Shown here in pieces: positions 18,119-27,382 of a stretch of 57,759 bases of DNA (position 1 is its first letter; the number at the start of each line of letters is the position of its first letter). The translations under genes and the position numbers were made by a program. Source of the DNA: a virus. Its lineage: Duplodnaviria; Caudoviricetes. Below the pieces are notes generated by a model that was not told the DNA's origin, made no database searches, and was given only the letters and a program-made list of their open reading frames with translations. The stretch is taken from positions 1 through 57,759 of the IMG/VR virus record IMGVR_UViG_3300046011_007876; one strand, 5' to 3'.

Positions 18119-18240
18119 AATTTTGTTTTATTTATAAATATTTAATTAACTAGAAAAATAAGTAATAATAATTTTTTTTAAATCAAAGTTATTATTAATA
18201 ATATTTACAAAAAATAACTAATAAAATATAATTATATTAT

Positions 18241-18402
18241 ATGGAAAAAAAAGAAGCTACAAAAGTTGGTTGTCAATCTTGTAAAACAGATAGAGGTGTT
18301 ATCAAAGTACAAAAATTTTTATACGGCCTTGGTATTGTGATATTTGTATTTTCAGTTTATGGTATTTATAGTTTTGTAAAAGATGTGATGAGTTTATTCT
18401 AA
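18241..18402 (+). CDS. 53-aa CxxC membrane protein
   Basis: My translation: MEKKEATKVGCQSCKTDRGVIKVQKFLYGLGIVIFVFSVYGIYSFVKDVMSLF. Confidence 0.65.
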   Translation: MEKKEATKVGCQSCKTDRGVIKVQKFLYGLGIVIFVFSVYGIYSFVKDVMSLF

Positions 18403-19334
18403 TTTCTACTATATTTTAAAAACTGATTAATTAGTAAGTCCCCACCACCATCATTTTTAAACCCCTTACCTTTAATTCTCAACGGTTTTGATGTATCTAT
18501 ATTTTTTGGGAATGATATTTTTAAATCACCTTCTGGGTGTGGTATTAAAAAATTATCATTTTTTAAATCATCTAAACTAAAAAACTTATTATAAACCAGA
18601 TTGGTACCAAACTTTTCAAAGTTTGATTCATTTTTTAAAAATATTCTAACAACTAAATCACCATATGTTCCATTTTTAAAATCACCCTGTCCTTTTAATC
18701 TAAAAAATTGGCCATCATCAATACCATGTGGTATATTAACTTCAACACTATGTATTTCACCTTTACTTCCTTCACCACCACAAGAATGACAAGGATTTGT
18801 TAATATAGAACCTTTACCTCTACAACCTTCACATTGCATACTAACAACTTGATTAAAAATTCCATTTCCAAATTGTTTTAGTATTTGTCCTGAACCGTTA
18901 CATATAGTACAAATTACTTTGTCTCCACCGGTTCCATCACAAGGATTACATTTTGTTTTTCTACTATAAGTTATTTCTTTTTTTTCTGCCAAATATGATT
19001 CAACAACTGTTAATTCAAGATTTATATTTGTTGTGTGAACTCTTTGTTCTTGTCTTTGTTGTCCAAAAACACTATTAAATAAATCACTCATAGATCCACC
19101 AAATCCACCACCACCCATTCCGGCAAATGGATTTTTTCTTTCCATATCATATTGTCTTCTTTTATCCTCATCACCTATTGTGTCATACGCTACGGATATT
19201 TTTTTAAACAATTCTTCATCACCACCTTTATCAGGATGATTTTCTTTTGCTAATTTTCTATACGCTTTTTTTATTTCATCCTGGGTTGCAGTCTCCTCAA
19301 CACCTAATGTTGTATAATGTGTGTCAGTATTCAT
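18399..19334 (-). CDS. dnaJ: DnaJ co-chaperone (class A)
   Basis: J-domain with HPD, short G/F region, four CxxCxGxG repeats, C-terminal domain. Confidence 0.95.
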   Translation of the reverse strand: MNTDTHYTTLGVEETATQDEIKKAYRKLAKENHPDKGGDEELFKKISVAYDTIGDEDKRRQYDMERKNPFAGMGGGGFGGSMSDLFNSVFGQQRQEQRVHTTNINLELTVVESYLAEKKEITYSRKTKCNPCDGTGGDKVICTICNGSGQILKQFGNGIFNQVVSMQCEGCRGKGSILTNPCHSCGGEGSKGEIHSVEVNIPHGIDDGQFFRLKGQGDFKNGTYGDLVVRIFLKNESNFEKFGTNLVYNKFFSLDDLKNDNFLIPHPEGDLKISFPKNIDTSKPLRIKGKGFKNDGGGDLLINQFLKYSRN

Positions 19335-19379
19335 TTATTTTTGATAGTTATTATTTTTATATAATATAAAAAATATTTT

Positions 19380-20021
19380 ATGAAATATCTAATAGTTTTA
19401 TTTAAAAATAAAGAAAGGAAAAAAATAATCAAGAAGTTTAAAACTTATGATAGGGCCAAAAATTTTTATAACAAACTAATAAATGATAGTAATAATGTTT
19501 TATTTAGTAAGGAAATTGAAAACGGTAAAATTTCTAAATTTGAAATTGGTTTAGTCGATTCAAGTCCGGAAAATTTTGATTTATATTTTGTAAAGGATGA
19601 ATTAGGTAGACAAATTAAAGTCGATATTAACGATTCGGAGTTTAAAATTTTAAACATAAATAACTACTCAATTGAAGAAACAATATTTGATTTACAAAAA
19701 AATAAAAAAATCCAAACAATTGATTTTATTAGAAAATATGTTAAAAGAGATGGCGTTAAATTAATATCAAAATTAAATAATAAAGTTATTGTTCAAAATG
19801 ATAATGAGTTATTTTTATTTTCATTAAAATCAGAAGAAGATTGTTATAGATTTCTAGAATGTTTAGGTAATTATATGTTAAAAAATAATAGACTTGATGT
19901 TATTATTGTACCAACTGATGATATTACACAAAAAAAATACCTTTATAGTTTATTAGACTCTAAAGGTATTTCTAAAAGTTTTTTATATCGTAAATCAACC
20001 ACTTATTTTACTGGTAAATAA
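19380..20021 (+). CDS. Hypothetical protein
   Basis: 213-aa ORF divergent from dnaJ. Confidence 0.75.
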   Translation: MKYLIVLFKNKERKKIIKKFKTYDRAKNFYNKLINDSNNVLFSKEIENGKISKFEIGLVDSSPENFDLYFVKDELGRQIKVDINDSEFKILNINNYSIEETIFDLQKNKKIQTIDFIRKYVKRDGVKLISKLNNKVIVQNDNELFLFSLKSEEDCYRFLECLGNYMLKNNRLDVIIVPTDDITQKKYLYSLLDSKGISKSFLYRKSTTYFTGK

Positions 20022-20318
20022 ATTTTTAAAGATTTTTTTAAAACCACTTACTTTTTTTTCTTTTTTAGGTTCCTCAACTTTCTCTTCAAAATTAACACCA
20101 GCCTGCATAAAAATTATTTCAATGTTTGAGATTTCAATTTTAAATCTTTTGTGGTTTCTATCTATGTCTCTAAAATTTTTTTGAACACTTTTAAATTCAT
20201 CTTTTTCTAACTCTAGAATTATTGCTGTTTGTCCGTTTGGAAATAGTGTTTCTAAAGCATCAGTAATCATTGCTAACTTTTCTAACCTTTCATCAATACC
20301 GTTTTTATTCTCTTCCAT
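19995..20318 (-). CDS. Hypothetical protein
   Basis: ORF in the operon. Confidence 0.7.
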   Translation of the reverse strand: MEENKNGIDERLEKLAMITDALETLFPNGQTAIILELEKDEFKSVQKNFRDIDRNHKRFKIEISNIEIIFMQAGVNFEEKVEEPKKEKKVSGFKKIFKNLFTSKISG

Positions 20319-20500
20319 AATGATAATTTTTCAGGTTCTTTCTTATCTTTAACAATGTCTTCTTTTTTTAAGTTTTTTATTTGATCAATGAATTTTAGTT
20401 TTTCTTTTTCTAATTCAATTGTATCTTTTTCAAGCTCACTCTTCAACCACTCTAGATGTTTTTCCGTTTCTGTTTGTATCTGCTTCATCTTCTTCGTCAT
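20282..20500 (-). CDS. Hypothetical coiled-coil protein
   Basis: ORF overlapping both neighbours. Confidence 0.65.
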   Translation of the reverse strand: MTKKMKQIQTETEKHLEWLKSELEKDTIELEKEKLKFIDQIKNLKKEDIVKDKKEPEKLSLWKRIKTVLMKG

Positions 20501-20885
20501 CTAATCTTATGTTATGAGGTAGTAATTCAAATTTTAATGAATGTAACGAATTTAAATTTTGTTTATCAAATAAATTTTTTAATTCAGTTACTTTATCATT
20601 AAATAATTTTTCTTTTTCCTCTAATTCTTTATTGTATTTTATTATATTTTTAATGTTTTCCGCCGTTTCATTAATACTAACTTCCTCAAATTCACTAACA
20701 AAAGATATTGATCTATTTTCAGGGTCTTGTGAATTGTGTTCAATAGCACTTTCTTCTTTTACATATTTTTTAGGTAATCTCCATTTTTTTGGGAAAGACA
20801 TATCAAATGATAGATAATTTTTTAATTTTCTAACAGATTGTATGTAGGGGTATAAGTCATTAAATTCTTTATATATACTACTCAT
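20436..20885 (-). CDS. Hypothetical protein
   Basis: 149-aa ORF. Confidence 0.75.
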   Translation of the reverse strand: MSSIYKEFNDLYPYIQSVRKLKNYLSFDMSFPKKWRLPKKYVKEESAIEHNSQDPENRSISFVSEFEEVSINETAENIKNIIKYNKELEEKEKLFNDKVTELKNLFDKQNLNSLHSLKFELLPHNIRLDDEEDEADTNRNGKTSRVVEE

Positions 20886-21073
20886 TATATTTTTATTAAA
20901 TATGTTATTATATAAGATAACACAATACCATAAAAAATCAAATCATTTTTTTCAAGTATCAGTTTTTCTGGTGGGTTTTGTAGTAACAAAAAAATAAATT
21001 TAAAAATCAATCTAAAAATACTTAAAGTACTAAAAATAAATAAAAACAAAAATAATGTTTCAATGTTTATCAT
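20885..21073 (-). CDS. Small two-TM membrane protein
   Basis: Two hydrophobic segments; translationally coupled on both sides. Confidence 0.65.
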   Translation of the reverse strand: MINIETLFLFLFIFSTLSIFRLIFKFIFLLLQNPPEKLILEKNDLIFYGIVLSYIITYLIKI

Positions 21074-21243
21074 TTTTTTCTAGCTTCTAAAATTTCACCT
21101 CTAAATGTTTTTAATAATTCTCTTAATTCTTGTGCTGCAGTTCTAGCTCTTGTACCGGCAGTTTTATTACCTTTTTCATAAAATTTTGTAGATTCTGTTG
21201 ACATTGTCTCAACTAATGATTTAATCTTATCTAATGTTTCCAT
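21070..21243 (-). CDS. Histone H1-like (Hc1 family) nucleoid protein, 57 aa
   Basis: My translation: METLDKIKSLVETMSTESTKFYEKGNKTAGTRARTAAQELRELLKTFRGEILEARKK. KGNKxAGTRAR is the family signature. Confidence 0.85.
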   Translation of the reverse strand: METLDKIKSLVETMSTESTKFYEKGNKTAGTRARTAAQELRELLKTFRGEILEARKK

Positions 21244-21303
21244 TTTTATTTTTTTTATTGTTTATTTAAACTAAAATATTAATAATACGTTGTTTTGTAA
21301 ATA

Positions 21304-21777
21304 CTAAACAAGAAGATTCTTATCTAAGTTTTTATATATTTCAAGAATCATATCTAAATCTGACCTAGTAAAACTTTTTTCAAAATCAAATACATCTCTA
21401 AAAAATATATCAATAGAATTTCTAATTTTTGTATCATCTTGTTTATAGAAAATTTCATCATAAAAAATTTTAAAATACTCATAATGATCTCCATTTTTTT
21501 CAAATAGAATTTCTTCTTTTTTAAAATCTTCTAGTACTTTATCCCAACACCAGTTGAAGTGGTTTAATTTATCTTCATTTGTCATAGTTATTTTAGTTTC
21601 ACTATCTTCACTACCACCAAGATAAGTTTCGGTAATTTTTAAATATAAAGAATTACAAAAATCATAATATAATTCCATTTTTTCTGGAATAATGTTGTTG
21701 GTCTTTAACCAAATATCAACCTCATCTTTTTGTAATTGTTTTGTGATGTAATTAAAAAAATTATTCTCCATAAACAC
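21304..21777 (-). CDS. Hypothetical protein
   Basis: 157-aa ORF. Confidence 0.75.
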   Translation of the reverse strand: MFMENNFFNYITKQLQKDEVDIWLKTNNIIPEKMELYYDFCNSLYLKITETYLGGSEDSETKITMTNEDKLNHFNWCWDKVLEDFKKEEILFEKNGDHYEYFKIFYDEIFYKQDDTKIRNSIDIFFRDVFDFEKSFTRSDLDMILEIYKNLDKNLLV

Positions 21778-21820
21778 TAGTCTATGGAGAATAATATATG
21801 ATTAGAATTTATTAAGTAAA

Positions 21821-23014
21821 TTATTGAGTTGTTCTGTCGTAAGAAATTAAATTTTTCATTCTTGAAAACTCTTCAACTAATTTTTCTTGTTTAAAACTTT
21901 CAAGTTTAATGTCAACTCCTTTACCGGAATTTTCACCAACACTATCTGTTACCGGTTGTTTTGATTTTCTGTATGCTGCCATTTTAGCTTTGTGAAATTT
22001 TGCTTCTTTTCTTTTCTTAGTAATTCTTTCACCTAACTCTGTTTCTTCAGCATTACCCCATTTTGGGTTGTTACCGGTTCTTGATGAACCTTTGATGTTA
22101 TCATCAACCCATTTATCGTCATAATTAATTTCGTCCGGAACTAAATTTTCCATTCCAGGGCGCATATAGTCATCTAAAAATTCTTGTCCGTCATCAGACA
22201 TAGTATATTTTTTAGTTTTCATTTTTTCTAATTGTCCGTTTCCTTTTGGGAATCTTTTAGGTTCTGTTTCATAATCACCTTTTGACCCATCTTTTAAATA
22301 ATCTTTCATTTTTTTAGAAACAGAAGTTATATAATCATCGTTTTCTTTTTTAGATTTCTTAACAGATCTTTCATATTCACCATAACCTTTTGGCATTTTT
22401 CCTTTACTAAAGTTTTTTTCTTCTTTTAGAACAATGTCTTCAATAATATCCATCATTTTTTCTTCGGTAAATAAATGTGTACCAGTATTTGTTTTTACTC
22501 TATATACAACATTACTATTTGCTTTTTCTTTATCTGCTAATTTTTTTATAAATTTACTAAAATTGTTTTCAGACAATAAAACATTCTTACCTTTAAAATT
22601 AAATCTATAAAATCTTTCTTCTAGGTTTGACTTGTCGGTATATTCTTTACCACCTAATTTAAATTTTTCACCTTTTTTTGTTTTTCTTAACATATTTGTA
22701 AAAGCATTACCTTCTTCCATTTCTTCATCAACCTCAACTTCATATATTGTCTCTTCTTTCATTCCACATTCACAAGTTTCACCTTCAGTTAATTCTTTAC
22801 CACATTGTTCGCAAGTTTCACCCTCATGCACTTCAATTTCATAGATTGTTTCTTCTTTCATTTTACTATCACATTGTTCACAAGTTTCTTCTTCTTCAAC
22901 ATAATCAAAAGATTTTCCTGGTCTAAAATTTAATTTTTCCATCATTTCTCTTGATTTTTCCTCATATGTTTCATTTAAAAATCTTCTACTTTTTTTATTT
23001 CTTAAATTTCTCAT
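21821..23014 (-). CDS. Highly charged protein with ETCEQC repeats, probable head core/internal protein
   Basis: EETCEQC, GETCEQC, GETCECG; duplicated MKEETIYE; C-terminal EEFSRMKNLI; TATTTAT upstream. Confidence 0.65.
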   Translation of the reverse strand: MRNLRNKKSRRFLNETYEEKSREMMEKLNFRPGKSFDYVEEEETCEQCDSKMKEETIYEIEVHEGETCEQCGKELTEGETCECGMKEETIYEVEVDEEMEEGNAFTNMLRKTKKGEKFKLGGKEYTDKSNLEERFYRFNFKGKNVLLSENNFSKFIKKLADKEKANSNVVYRVKTNTGTHLFTEEKMMDIIEDIVLKEEKNFSKGKMPKGYGEYERSVKKSKKENDDYITSVSKKMKDYLKDGSKGDYETEPKRFPKGNGQLEKMKTKKYTMSDDGQEFLDDYMRPGMENLVPDEINYDDKWVDDNIKGSSRTGNNPKWGNAEETELGERITKKRKEAKFHKAKMAAYRKSKQPVTDSVGENSGKGVDIKLESFKQEKLVEEFSRMKNLISYDRTTQ

Positions 23015-23035
23015 TTCTTTTTTTTATTATAAATA

Positions 23036-23731
23036 TTATCTATTATTTCTTTTTACAATTTCGTTTGAAATAATTTCTTTTATAAAGTCCTCGTGTAGTT
23101 CGTATTTTTCTGATATAGTCTGTATAACATTTTTTAATTTTTGATTTTCAAAAATATTAAGAGCTTTGATATCACCTTGGTTACAATATGGAAAACGTTT
23201 ACATTTTTTTTTAACCTGGACGAATTTACCTCCCGGAATTTGTGTTTTACGACTAGGTCCCCAATCTTTTTTACTGGTTGATTTAGCCCATATTTTATTT
23301 GTTGAGTATTGTCCGGATGATGCAGAAGTTGTCGCTTCTTTAGTTTCAACTTTTTTTGGTTCTTCACCAGAAAATAAAGGTTGTGAATATTGTCCAGATG
23401 AACCAGTTCCAGTCATTTCTTTTTGTTCACTTTTTTTACCTTTTTCTAAAATTGATCTTAAAAAATCTTTAAGTTCTTCAGAATCTTTAAGAAATTTTCT
23501 TATTTCACTTTTTATTTTATTTGCTGATAATTTTTTATTTTTGACTAATTTTAAAATCTCACCCATATCTTTTGGGTTTTTTAGAAAATCGTTTGGTGAA
23601 TTTCTTTCATCACTTCCTTCTTCAGATAAATAATTTTTAATATTTTTTTTTCCTTCACCACTACCTGATAGCTCACTTGAAGCCATATCTTTAATTTTTT
23701 TACTAAACTCTTGTGTGAAGTCTATTGCCAT
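23036..23731 (-). CDS. Hypothetical protein with repeated KE-x-T-xxx-SSGQYS motifs
   Basis: KEMTGTGSSGQYS and KEATTSASSGQYS; CKRFPYC; TATTTAT upstream. Confidence 0.7.
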   Translation of the reverse strand: MAIDFTQEFSKKIKDMASSELSGSGEGKKNIKNYLSEEGSDERNSPNDFLKNPKDMGEILKLVKNKKLSANKIKSEIRKFLKDSEELKDFLRSILEKGKKSEQKEMTGTGSSGQYSQPLFSGEEPKKVETKEATTSASSGQYSTNKIWAKSTSKKDWGPSRKTQIPGGKFVQVKKKCKRFPYCNQGDIKALNIFENQKLKNVIQTISEKYELHEDFIKEIISNEIVKRNNR

Positions 23732-23784
23732 TATTAATTTTTAATAATAAATAGTTTGTAATTTGAGTTTTTTTAAAAATTAAA

Positions 23785-24201
23785 CTATTTAAATGCAAAA
23801 ATATAAATTAAACCTCCGATAATACCTCCGGCAACAATTTCAATTATCGTATTCTTAGTTTTTAACTTACCAATATCATCTCTTAATTTATTATTTTCAT
23901 CATCAACCAATTTATATTTTTCGTCTTTTAAAATAATAATTTCATTTAATTTTTTTTCTTTATCTTCTTGACCTTTAATTATTTCATCTTTACGGTCAAT
24001 TTTTAATTCAAGTTGTTTTATTTCTTGTGTGTATGATAAAGAATCTTGTCTTAATCTATCAAGATCAATTAAATCTGTTAATATTTTTTTACCAATTTCA
24101 ACTGGTACACAAATTAAAGTTGAGTCCTCTTCACATTTATTTTTTTGTGAAAAAGAATTAAATGATAGTAAAATAAAAAGTAAAAATAATGTTTTTTTCA
24201 T
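23785..24201 (-). CDS. Signal-peptide coiled-coil protein with C-terminal TM, candidate spanin component
   Basis: MKKTLFLLFILLSFNSFS signal, coiled coil, hydrophobic tail; near the amidase. Confidence 0.5.
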   Translation of the reverse strand: MKKTLFLLFILLSFNSFSQKNKCEEDSTLICVPVEIGKKILTDLIDLDRLRQDSLSYTQEIKQLELKIDRKDEIIKGQEDKEKKLNEIIILKDEKYKLVDDENNKLRDDIGKLKTKNTIIEIVAGGIIGGLIYIFAFK

Positions 24202-24203
24202 AG

Positions 24204-24557
24204 TTAATATCGGTATCTATCTCTTAGGGTACTATCAATTTGTTTTTTATCCATACCAATAACTTTTTTCTTTTTTTGTTCGTAATAATTATTGATTGTG
24301 GTTCTTTGAATTTTTATTTCAGATATTGTAGAATCTATTTTTTTAATGTCATTTTTATATTCAACTATTTTTAAATCTATACTTGAATTAATTTTTTTAA
24401 GTGAATCTATATTTTTATTAAGTTGGTCTATTTTATATTGTAATAACTCATTTTTGTCCGGAACTGTTGTACAAGACCTAACAAGTAATATTACAAGTAA
24501 TGTTACTACTACTATTTGTACAATATATTTAAAATTATGTTTAAAAAACTCATTCAT
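24204..24557 (-). CDS. Membrane-anchored coiled-coil protein, candidate spanin component
   Basis: N-terminal TM ending LLVRSC, then coiled coil. Confidence 0.5.
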   Translation of the reverse strand: MNEFFKHNFKYIVQIVVVTLLVILLVRSCTTVPDKNELLQYKIDQLNKNIDSLKKINSSIDLKIVEYKNDIKKIDSTISEIKIQRTTINNYYEQKKKKVIGMDKKQIDSTLRDRYRY

Positions 24558-25138
24558 TATTGTGGGGTTTTCTTTCTTACTGCAATAACATTAGACCATT
24601 TAGATTTAAATTTTTCATAAAATTTTCTTAAATTAACCAAAAATTCTAAAAACTCATCATCAATTTTTGTCATAGTACCATTGATATAGATACCATTTTT
24701 TTCACCTATAGTATAGAAAAATTCAATGTCTAACTCTGTAATTTTTCCGGACCATTCAACATTATTTTCATATAAATTAAGTTTATTAAAATCAACAAGT
24801 TCTGAAACTTCTTTAATAAACTCATCCATCGTCTCTTGAAAAGCTTTTTTATCTTCTGTCGTTAATTGTGTTTTTTGTTTGTCCTCTCCGTGAATAACAA
24901 TAATACCTCCGGATATTCTATATGCTCTTTTTTTGTCGGTTTTTTTTACAACCTCATCTTTATCTGAATCTGCGGTTTCATATTCTTTTTCTTCAATATT
25001 CGGTAAAACATTATCTTCTTGTTCAAGTAAAATACCATAAGATTTTTTTATATTAAATTCTACTTGTTCATCAATTCTATTAGTTAAAACACTCCTTGAT
25101 GCTTTTAATAAATTTTTAATTTCATCATATCTATTCAT
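24557..25138 (-). CDS. Hypothetical protein
   Basis: 193-aa ORF coupled to the amidase. Confidence 0.75.
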   Translation of the reverse strand: MNRYDEIKNLLKASRSVLTNRIDEQVEFNIKKSYGILLEQEDNVLPNIEEKEYETADSDKDEVVKKTDKKRAYRISGGIIVIHGEDKQKTQLTTEDKKAFQETMDEFIKEVSELVDFNKLNLYENNVEWSGKITELDIEFFYTIGEKNGIYINGTMTKIDDEFLEFLVNLRKFYEKFKSKWSNVIAVRKKTPQ

Positions 25139-25727
25139 CTTCTATTTTTTTTAAAAATTCTTCAAAGTTAAATGATGGGTTTAAATCTGTTGTTTCACTA
25201 AAATAGTTACTACGACTTACAATACCATTAAACTTTTCAATACCATTTATTTTTGTGTTATGTCCAACAAATTTTTTATCTATATTAAATTCATTGACAA
25301 GTTTTATACAAAGTTCAAAACAGGATTCTGTTTGTTCTGGTGTATATATATCCCAGTAAACATAATCTCTCCATTTCCTTTCATATACTTTTCCTTTATA
25401 AATATTACCAATCCAATTAATGTAACCTTTTTGTAGTGGTTCTTTATATAACCAACCTAAATTTTCCAATGAAATTGTTATAATATTTTTATCTACGTTC
25501 TTATTATTGAATATCCTAGATGTTTTTTTAGGTTCAAGTAGTTCAAGAATTTTACCTTCTTTATCAATTACATAATTTGGTATTTTGTCATATTTACCAT
25601 TAAATCTGTATTTTAGACCGTTTAAATATTGTTTGACTTCTCTTGAGGTATGTAATAAAACTATTTGTTTTTTATCTTCGTTTTCACCAGATGAAAAATA
25701 ATTACCATAATTAATTATTTTGGTCAT
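25131..25727 (-). CDS. N-acetylmuramoyl-L-alanine amidase (Amidase_2)-like protein, candidate endolysin
   Basis: QIVLLHT, NYVIDKEGKILEL, ITISLENLG, YTPEQ, DLNP; some Zn ligands look substituted. Confidence 0.7.
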   Translation of the reverse strand: MTKIINYGNYFSSGENEDKKQIVLLHTSREVKQYLNGLKYRFNGKYDKIPNYVIDKEGKILELLEPKKTSRIFNNKNVDKNIITISLENLGWLYKEPLQKGYINWIGNIYKGKVYERKWRDYVYWDIYTPEQTESCFELCIKLVNEFNIDKKFVGHNTKINGIEKFNGIVSRSNYFSETTDLNPSFNFEEFLKKIEDE

Positions 25728-26806
25728 TTTTTATAAATAAGTCTTTTTATGTTTTCATTAACAACTTTATTTTCTTCTTCTCTAGTTTTGTTAAAAACTT
25801 CTGGAATATCAACTTCATCGGTACTTGGTCGGTGGTTAGTCGGTACTTGGTCGGTATTATGTATGGTTTCTTCTTCATAATATGGAGTAATGGGTAAAGA
25901 TGTAGGTTCGTCCAATTTTTCCTCTTCTGTTTGTTCTTCTTTTTTAGTAGTAATTATGTCTTTCTCTAAATCATCAAGTTTGTATATAACTTTTTTATTA
26001 TTGTCTTTTCTTTTTCCTTTAAAGGCTTGGTTTGTTGCAATTACAAGTGTGATTGCCAATGGATCAAAAACAAATATTAAAATCAGTATAAATAAATTTG
26101 CGGTTTTTTTAACATTCCAATCTAATAGTTCACTAATATATTTAATAGCACCAAGTTCACTTCCGGATATCTCCTGGGATTGCATATCAAGTATCTGAAC
26201 ATCAAGTTTTGTAATACTATCATTAAAAGAATCGATTTTTTTAGATATTGTATCTCTTCTTGTTTGAGCTTCTTTTAATTGTCCTTCAAATGATTTTCTG
26301 TTAGCATTATTTGCCCTTGTTATTAGTTGACCGGTTCTTTGATCTACCGTTTGTGTTGTTGTGTTATTAGAAAGTCCATCTCTTAATTTTGTAATGTCTC
26401 CATCAAGAATTGTTTTTTCTTTTGTTAATTCAATCTTAATTTCTTCAAACCTTTTCTTTTTAACTTCAACATTTTTAACTTGTTTTTCACCAATTTCAAG
26501 CTTTGCAATATTTCCCTGAAATCCTGTACTTAACAATCCGTAAATACCAAGTGATGTAATAACTGATAATGTAATAAGTGCTATTGTCATATAGATTTTT
26601 AATGCTCCATATGTTTCTTTCCACTTGTCGTGAAGATATGTTGCTATTGCTATTTTTGAGATTTCAAGGAATGTTCCCATAATAATTACAGGTATTGCCA
26701 CACCAACAAACACAACTGATAAACCAACAACACTATAATATGCTGCGGTTCCAGATAAACCTAGAGCACAAAATAGTAAAAACCATGGTAAAAATTTTTC
26801 TTTCAT
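25724..26806 (-). CDS. Multi-TM membrane protein with a long coiled-coil loop
   Basis: Three N-terminal TMs, a coiled coil, and the TM segment LILIFVFDPLAITL. Confidence 0.75.
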   Translation of the reverse strand: MKEKFLPWFLLFCALGLSGTAAYYSVVGLSVVFVGVAIPVIIMGTFLEISKIAIATYLHDKWKETYGALKIYMTIALITLSVITSLGIYGLLSTGFQGNIAKLEIGEKQVKNVEVKKKRFEEIKIELTKEKTILDGDITKLRDGLSNNTTTQTVDQRTGQLITRANNANRKSFEGQLKEAQTRRDTISKKIDSFNDSITKLDVQILDMQSQEISGSELGAIKYISELLDWNVKKTANLFILILIFVFDPLAITLVIATNQAFKGKRKDNNKKVIYKLDDLEKDIITTKKEEQTEEEKLDEPTSLPITPYYEEETIHNTDQVPTNHRPSTDEVDIPEVFNKTREEENKVVNENIKRLIYKK

Positions 26807-26853
26807 ATTATTAAACTATAACTAATAAATACTTATAATAAAGTTTAATCAAT

Positions 26854-27231
26854 ATGTCACTACTTAGAGAGTCAATTAGAAAACATTTATTGTTAGAAAA
26901 AAAAATTGCTAATTTAAAATCTCAAATATATGTTTCTTTTGAGGTTAGACTAGATAGTGGTGGTCATACTGCTGATAGACAAGTAGAAAGAAATGTAAGT
27001 AGGGGTGATATTAATTTACTTTTAGGTAAAGCTATTGATGAGATAACAACTAATATAGTTTTAGGTGAAATAAAAGGTGGTGATATTTTTATCGTAAGAA
27101 GTAAGACCGGTAATTTATTTATTCCGGTTAAATTAATTGAGGAAGATCCATATAATTTTGTTTTATTAACAAAAACCGTAATAAGAAAAGAAGGTCAAGG
27201 TAGACCACAATTTACAATTTGGGTTGATTAA
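26854..27231 (+). CDS. Hypothetical protein with possible RNase-toxin-like (HxxxR) fold
   Basis: MSLLRESIRKHLLLE leader; GHTADRQVERNVSRGDI...LTKTVIRK. Confidence 0.55.
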   Translation: MSLLRESIRKHLLLEKKIANLKSQIYVSFEVRLDSGGHTADRQVERNVSRGDINLLLGKAIDEITTNIVLGEIKGGDIFIVRSKTGNLFIPVKLIEEDPYNFVLLTKTVIRKEGQGRPQFTIWVD

Positions 27232-27362
27232 GCAGGGTAGAATCTTAGTATCTGAATCGTGTTCCATCTTTCTACCGGCTTAGGATTCTTCAGCCCTAAA
27301 CCACTTCTACTTAACCCATCACCTAGAATTCATCGGTGACTTTTAACCCTCATTGTTTGTCT
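27232..27362 (-). ncRNA. Candidate structured non-coding RNA
   Basis: GC-richer intergenic tract behind TATCTTTG (27365-27372); stems TCACC/GGTGA, TTAGG/CCTAA, GGTAGAA/TTCTACC. Confidence 0.4.
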
Positions 27363-27382
27363 TACAAAGATATAGATATTTT

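Noticed and set aside
27270-27310. Hammerhead ribozyme (CTGAAGA...GAAA on the minus strand)
   Set aside because: I could not build the three-stem junction with a cleavage triplet; kept only as a generic ncRNA candidate.
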